DNA from: Hydrurus foetidus
Taxonomy: Eukaryota
Assembly (NCBI GenBank): GCA_900617105.1
Contig: UYFQ01000001.1
Span: 4,278,001-4,342,000 of the forward strand
DNA: 64,000 nucleotides
Reading direction: 5' to 3'
The notes beneath the pieces are model-generated. The model was not told where the DNA came from and did not search any database. It saw nothing but the letters and a program-made list of their open reading frames with translations. Made by a program: the position numbers and the translations under genes. This document shows, piece after piece, positions 60,159 to 64,000 of this stretch; the first letter of the stretch is position 1; every line of letters begins with the position of its first letter.

Positions 60159-60236
60159 CCATTCACAGCTGATCCACAGCCAGCGCACAAGTTGTCCATA
60201 AGTAATTTCATAGAATTGTGAATAACCTGTGTATAA
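60159..60236. promoter_or_regulatory. Cluster of DnaA boxes
   Basis: Two consensus TTWTNCACA boxes on the - strand (60217-60225, 60228-60236) and four degenerate + strand boxes at an 11-bp period (60159, 60170, 60181, 60192). Confidence 0.7.
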
Positions 60237-60352
60237 ATTTACCGTTGCTGCACTGCAACGGCGGCAAATCCGAGATTTTGGGGCTATCGGCGGGCTTCTT
60301 TTTGCCTACAATGAAGCTCCAACATAGCAGTTGCCATAGATTGTTGGTTTCA

Positions 60353-60383
60353 GGGCGCGTCGCAAACCGACGCGCCCTTTTTT
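60353..60383 (+). terminator. Intrinsic-terminator-like hairpin upstream of lepA
   Basis: GGGCGCGTCG-CAAAC-CGACGCGCCC-TTTTTT. Confidence 0.75.
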
Positions 60384-60447
60384 ATGTTCAATGCGAATGA
60401 CTATGCCGTTGTTCGCAGTACTTTCAAGCACTTAGGCGTCTTCGTTG

Positions 60448-62259
60448 ATGAATCACATCAGAAATTTTTCGATCATTGCGCACATTGATCATGGCAAGTC
60501 CACCCTCGCAGACAGATTGATCCACCGTTGCGGCGGTTTGCAAGACCGTGAGATGAGCGCGCAAGTTCTTGATTCGATGGATATCGAAAAAGAGCGTGGG
60601 ATAACCATCAAGGCGCAGACCGCTGCGCTTAAATACAAAGCACTTGATGGGCAAATCTACAACCTCAATTTGATCGATACGCCAGGTCATGTCGACTTCT
60701 CGTATGAAGTCAGTCGCTCGCTGTCGGCATGCGAAGGTGCGCTGCTGGTAGTTGATGCATCGCAAGGCGTCGAAGCGCAGACCGTCGCTAACTGCTACAC
60801 CGCACTCGACTTGAAAGTTGAAGTGGTGCCGGTACTCAACAAAATGGATTTGCCGCAGGCCGATCCTGAAAATGCCAAGCAGGAAATTGAAGAAGTCATT
60901 GGCATTGATGCAACCGATGCAATTCCTTGCAGCGCCAAAACTGGCATGGGCATCGACGAAATTCTGGAAGCGGTGGTGGCGCGCATTCCGCCGCCTAAAG
61001 GCAACCCCGACGGCGCGCTGCGCGCCATGATCATCGATAGCTGGTACGACGCTTACGTGGGTGTGGTCATGCTGGTGCGCGTGGTCGATGGCCGTTTGGC
61101 TAAAGGCGACCGCATCAAACTCATGGCGAGTGGCGCCACGTACAACGCTGAGCAACTGGGTGTGTTTACCCCGCACAACGAGCCGCGTCCGTCACTTGAA
61201 GCGGGCGAAGTGGGTTTTGTGATTGCGGGCATCAAAGAACTGCAAGCCGCGCGAGTTGGCGACACCATCACCCGCATTAAGGCGGGAAGTGGCGGTTTGG
61301 CTTTCACAGCGACCCAGGCACTGCCTGGCTTCAAAGAAATTCAACCGGCGGTGTTTGCGGGTTTGTACCCTTCAGAAGCCAGCGAATACGAATCCTTGCG
61401 CGATGCGCTTGAAAAGCTCAAACTCAACGACGCCTCGCTGCACTACGAGCCTGAAGTCAGCGAAGCGCTGGGCTTTGGCTTCAGGTGCGGCTTTTTGGGG
61501 CTGCTGCACATGGAAATTGTGCAAGAGCGCCTGGAGCGTGAATTTGACCAAGACCTGATTACCACCGCGCCAAGCGTGGTGTATGAAGTACTCAAAGCCG
61601 ATGGCGAGCTGATCAAAGTCGAAAACCCGTCAAAGATACCTGACGCTGGCCGCGTCCAGGAAATTCGTGAACCCATCGTCACGGTTCATTTGTACATGCC
61701 GCAAGACTACGTTGGTGCCGTTATGACGCTGGCCAACCAAAAGCGCGGCGTACAGCTCAATATGGCGTACCACGGCAAGCAGGTCATGCTGACCTACGAA
61801 ATGCCGCTGGGCGAGATCGTGCTCGACTTTTTTGACAAGCTCAAATCGGTTTCACGCGGCTACGCTTCAATGGACTACACCTTCAAAGAATTCCGCGCCT
61901 CCGACGTGGTGAAGGTTGATATTTTGTTGAACGGCGAGAAAGTGGATGCGTTGTCAATCATTGTTCACCGCAGTCAGTCGGCTTACCGTGGCCGCGCCGT
62001 CGTGGCCAAAATGCGCGAGATCATTTCGCGCCAGCAGTTTGACGTCGCGATTCAGGCCGCGATTGGTGCCAACATCATTGCGCGTGAGACAATTAAAGCC
62101 CTGCGCAAAAACGTGATCGCCAAGTGCTACGGCGGCGATATTTCACGCAAACGCAAGCTCCTTGAAAAACAAAAAGCCGGTAAAAAACGCATGAAACAAA
62201 TCGGATCCGTTGAAGTGCCGCAAGAGGCATTTCTAGCCATTTTGCAGGTAGAAGACTGA
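60448..62259 (+). CDS. lepA: Elongation factor 4
   Basis: [31 protein letters not shown]. Confidence 0.98.
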   Translation: MNHIRNFSIIAHIDHGKSTLADRLIHRCGGLQDREMSAQVLDSMDIEKERGITIKAQTAALKYKALDGQIYNLNLIDTPGHVDFSYEVSRSLSACEGALLVVDASQGVEAQTVANCYTALDLKVEVVPVLNKMDLPQADPENAKQEIEEVIGIDATDAIPCSAKTGMGIDEILEAVVARIPPPKGNPDGALRAMIIDSWYDAYVGVVMLVRVVDGRLAKGDRIKLMASGATYNAEQLGVFTPHNEPRPSLEAGEVGFVIAGIKELQAARVGDTITRIKAGSGGLAFTATQALPGFKEIQPAVFAGLYPSEASEYESLRDALEKLKLNDASLHYEPEVSEALGFGFRCGFLGLLHMEIVQERLEREFDQDLITTAPSVVYEVLKADGELIKVENPSKIPDAGRVQEIREPIVTVHLYMPQDYVGAVMTLANQKRGVQLNMAYHGKQVMLTYEMPLGEIVLDFFDKLKSVSRGYASMDYTFKEFRASDVVKVDILLNGEKVDALSIIVHRSQSAYRGRAVVAKMREIISRQQFDVAIQAAIGANIIARETIKALRKNVIAKCYGGDISRKRKLLEKQKAGKKRMKQIGSVEVPQEAFLAILQVED

Positions 62260-63254
62260 TGTCAGCAGCAGTCAACAACACCATGGGCAGCATCACCGCC
62301 GTTGTGCTGGCCGCATTTGTCGGCTATGGCGCGGCTTGGTATTTCGGCATGGTCGATGGCAATTTTTCATTGCTGCTGTTTCTGGCGGCGGTCGTCACTG
62401 GCGTTTATTGGTTAGCCGAGCGGTTTTACTTTCTGCCGCAGCGCTACAAGCAGGTTGAGGCGCTGGACGAAGCAACTGCCAAGCGCCACGCCGAGCTGGC
62501 CACCATGGGCATCACCAAAGTCGACACCGACACCAACGAGGCCAAAACCCGCCTTATCATGCAGCCCTGGTGGCTGGACTGGACGGCCGGGCTGTTCCCC
62601 GTCATCATCGTGGTGTTTTTGCTGCGCTCCTTTTTGTTTGAGCCGTTCAAAATCCCGTCAGGCTCGATGATTCCGACCTTGATGATCAATGACTTGATCT
62701 TGGTGAATAAATTCCACTACGGTGTGCGGCTGCCCGTCATTAACTTGAAGGTGCTCGACAACAACAGCCCGAAGCGTGGCGACGTCATGGTGTTTCGTTA
62801 CCCGCCCAAGCCCAGCCTTGACTACATCAAGCGGGTGGTGGGGGTACCGGGTGACGAAGTAGCCTACCTGAACAAGAAGTTGACGATCAACGGCAAGCCC
62901 TTGAGCAAAGCAGCGCTGCCCGATTTTTTCGACGAAGACACCATGCGTTATTCAAAGCAGTTTGAAGAAACAACCGATGCCAAGAAATACCGCCTACTCA
63001 ACGATGATGACCGGCGCAGCGGCATTGATGAGCGCGAGGTGATGGACTTCCCGAACAAACAAAATTGCCGCTACAGTAGCGAGGGCGTCATTTGCAAGGT
63101 GCCCGAGGGCCATTACTTCATGATGGGCGACAACCGCGACAATTCGCTTGATTCTCGATTTTGGGGCTTTGTGCCTGAGAAAAACATTGTGGGAAAAGCA
63201 TTTTTTGTGTGGATGAATTTTGGTAATCTCAAGCGTATCGGAACTTTCGACTAA
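62259..63254 (+). CDS. lepB: Signal peptidase I
   Basis: PSGSMIPTL, DYIKR, GDNRDNSLDSR. Confidence 0.97.
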   Translation: MSAAVNNTMGSITAVVLAAFVGYGAAWYFGMVDGNFSLLLFLAAVVTGVYWLAERFYFLPQRYKQVEALDEATAKRHAELATMGITKVDTDTNEAKTRLIMQPWWLDWTAGLFPVIIVVFLLRSFLFEPFKIPSGSMIPTLMINDLILVNKFHYGVRLPVINLKVLDNNSPKRGDVMVFRYPPKPSLDYIKRVVGVPGDEVAYLNKKLTINGKPLSKAALPDFFDEDTMRYSKQFEETTDAKKYRLLNDDDRRSGIDEREVMDFPNKQNCRYSSEGVICKVPEGHYFMMGDNRDNSLDSRFWGFVPEKNIVGKAFFVWMNFGNLKRIGTFD

Positions 63255-63295
63255 GTTGCGGCGAGTCAGTGGTCCGTTTCACAAGGAAAAAAAGT

Positions 63296-63637
63296 ATGAA
63301 AAATAAGCAACTCGGGGTTTCTCTTCTTGGCATATTGTTTGTTGGTGGCGTGCTGGCGTTCGGCGCCATCGTCACTGCACAGGTGTTTCCAACCGCGATC
63401 GAGTACCAAGCCATTTCTAAAGCAGTAGGCAAGGCCGCCAGCGGAAACACGGTCCCCGAGGTGCGCAGTATTTTCGATAAGGCTGCTCAAATCGACGACA
63501 TCAAAGCAATTGCGGGTAAAGACCTTGAAGTCACCAAAGAAGGCGACAAAATTGTGGTCAGCTTCGCGTACAACAAAGAAATTCATTTGGGCGGCCCCGC
63601 GTATTTGCTGCTCAAGTACGCTGGCAAATCCAAGTAG
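63296..63637 (+). CDS. DUF4845-like pilin-type protein
   Basis: KQLG-VSLLGILF N-terminus; typical position between lepB and rnc. Confidence 0.8.
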   Translation: MKNKQLGVSLLGILFVGGVLAFGAIVTAQVFPTAIEYQAISKAVGKAASGNTVPEVRSIFDKAAQIDDIKAIAGKDLEVTKEGDKIVVSFAYNKEIHLGGPAYLLLKYAGKSK

Positions 63638-63658
63638 CCTCGCAAAGCAGTTCATTCA

Positions 63659-64000
63659 GTGGGTGTCAGTGCCGCGCTTACTCCAAAACTGTTGGCGCTT
63701 CAGCAGCGTCTTGAGCACGACTTTAAAAACCCGGCGCTGTTGGTGCAGGCGCTTACGCATCGCAGCTTTTCTGCCGACCACAACGAGCGCATTGAGTTTT
63801 TAGGCGATTCTGTCTTAAACTTGGCCGTGGCCGGGCTGCTGTACGAGCGCTTGGGCGAGTTGCCCGAAGGCGATCTCTCGCGAGCGCGGGCCAACCTGGT
63901 TAAACAAGAAACCTTGCACCATATTGCCGAACAGTTAGGGCTGCCAAGCTTGCTCAGGCTTGGCGAGGGTGAAGTTAAATCGGGTGGGCAAAAGCGTCCG
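63659..64000 (+). CDS. rnc: Ribonuclease III (3' truncated by the window)
   Basis: Hand-translated QALTHRS...[14 protein letters not shown] start at 63659 is tentative. Confidence 0.92.
   Translation, partial: MGVSAALTPKLLALQQRLEHDFKNPALLVQALTHRSFSADHNERIEFLGDSVLNLAVAGLLYERLGELPEGDLSRARANLVKQETLHHIAEQLGLPSLLRLGEGEVKSGGQKRP

Overview
Betaproteobacterial chromosome segment; gene content and order suggest Comamonadaceae (Polaromonas/Rhodoferax-like; inferred, not searched). (1) 1-20 kb is a LacI-controlled beta-1,3-glucan (laminarin-type) utilisation locus. It encodes a surface lipoprotein with a CBM-like domain (partial, missed by the ORF track), a GH16 lipoprotein broken by an in-frame TGA, GH81, a porin, a GH17-like lipoprotein, GH30, two more GH17, a second GH16, GH1, a carbohydrate ABC transporter and a LacI repressor, with five TGAAAGCGCTTTCA-type operators. 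(2) A decayed IS5-family element with intact terminal inverted repeats closes the locus. (3) A 2758-aa cyclic beta-1,2-glucan synthase follows. (4) The rest is core genome: ppc, hemCDXY, rne, rluC, maf-yceD-rpmF-plsX-fabHDG-acpP-fabF, rpoE-rseA-rseB-mucD, lepA-lepB-rnc. The most striking unexplained signal is a 43-bp bipartite motif, TAGCCC-N9-GGGCGC-N4-AGCT-N10-TAGC (two GCY-N11-RGC dyads 24 bp apart). It occurs 11 times between 21.7 and 57.3 kb with invariant spacing. Six copies lie in-frame inside housekeeping genes (ppc, hemD, rne, sppA, fabD, rseB signal peptide), and none was seen in the glucan locus. There is also a helically phased DnaA-box cluster and a leader terminator upstream of lepA. 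All calls are by eye; no database searches were run.
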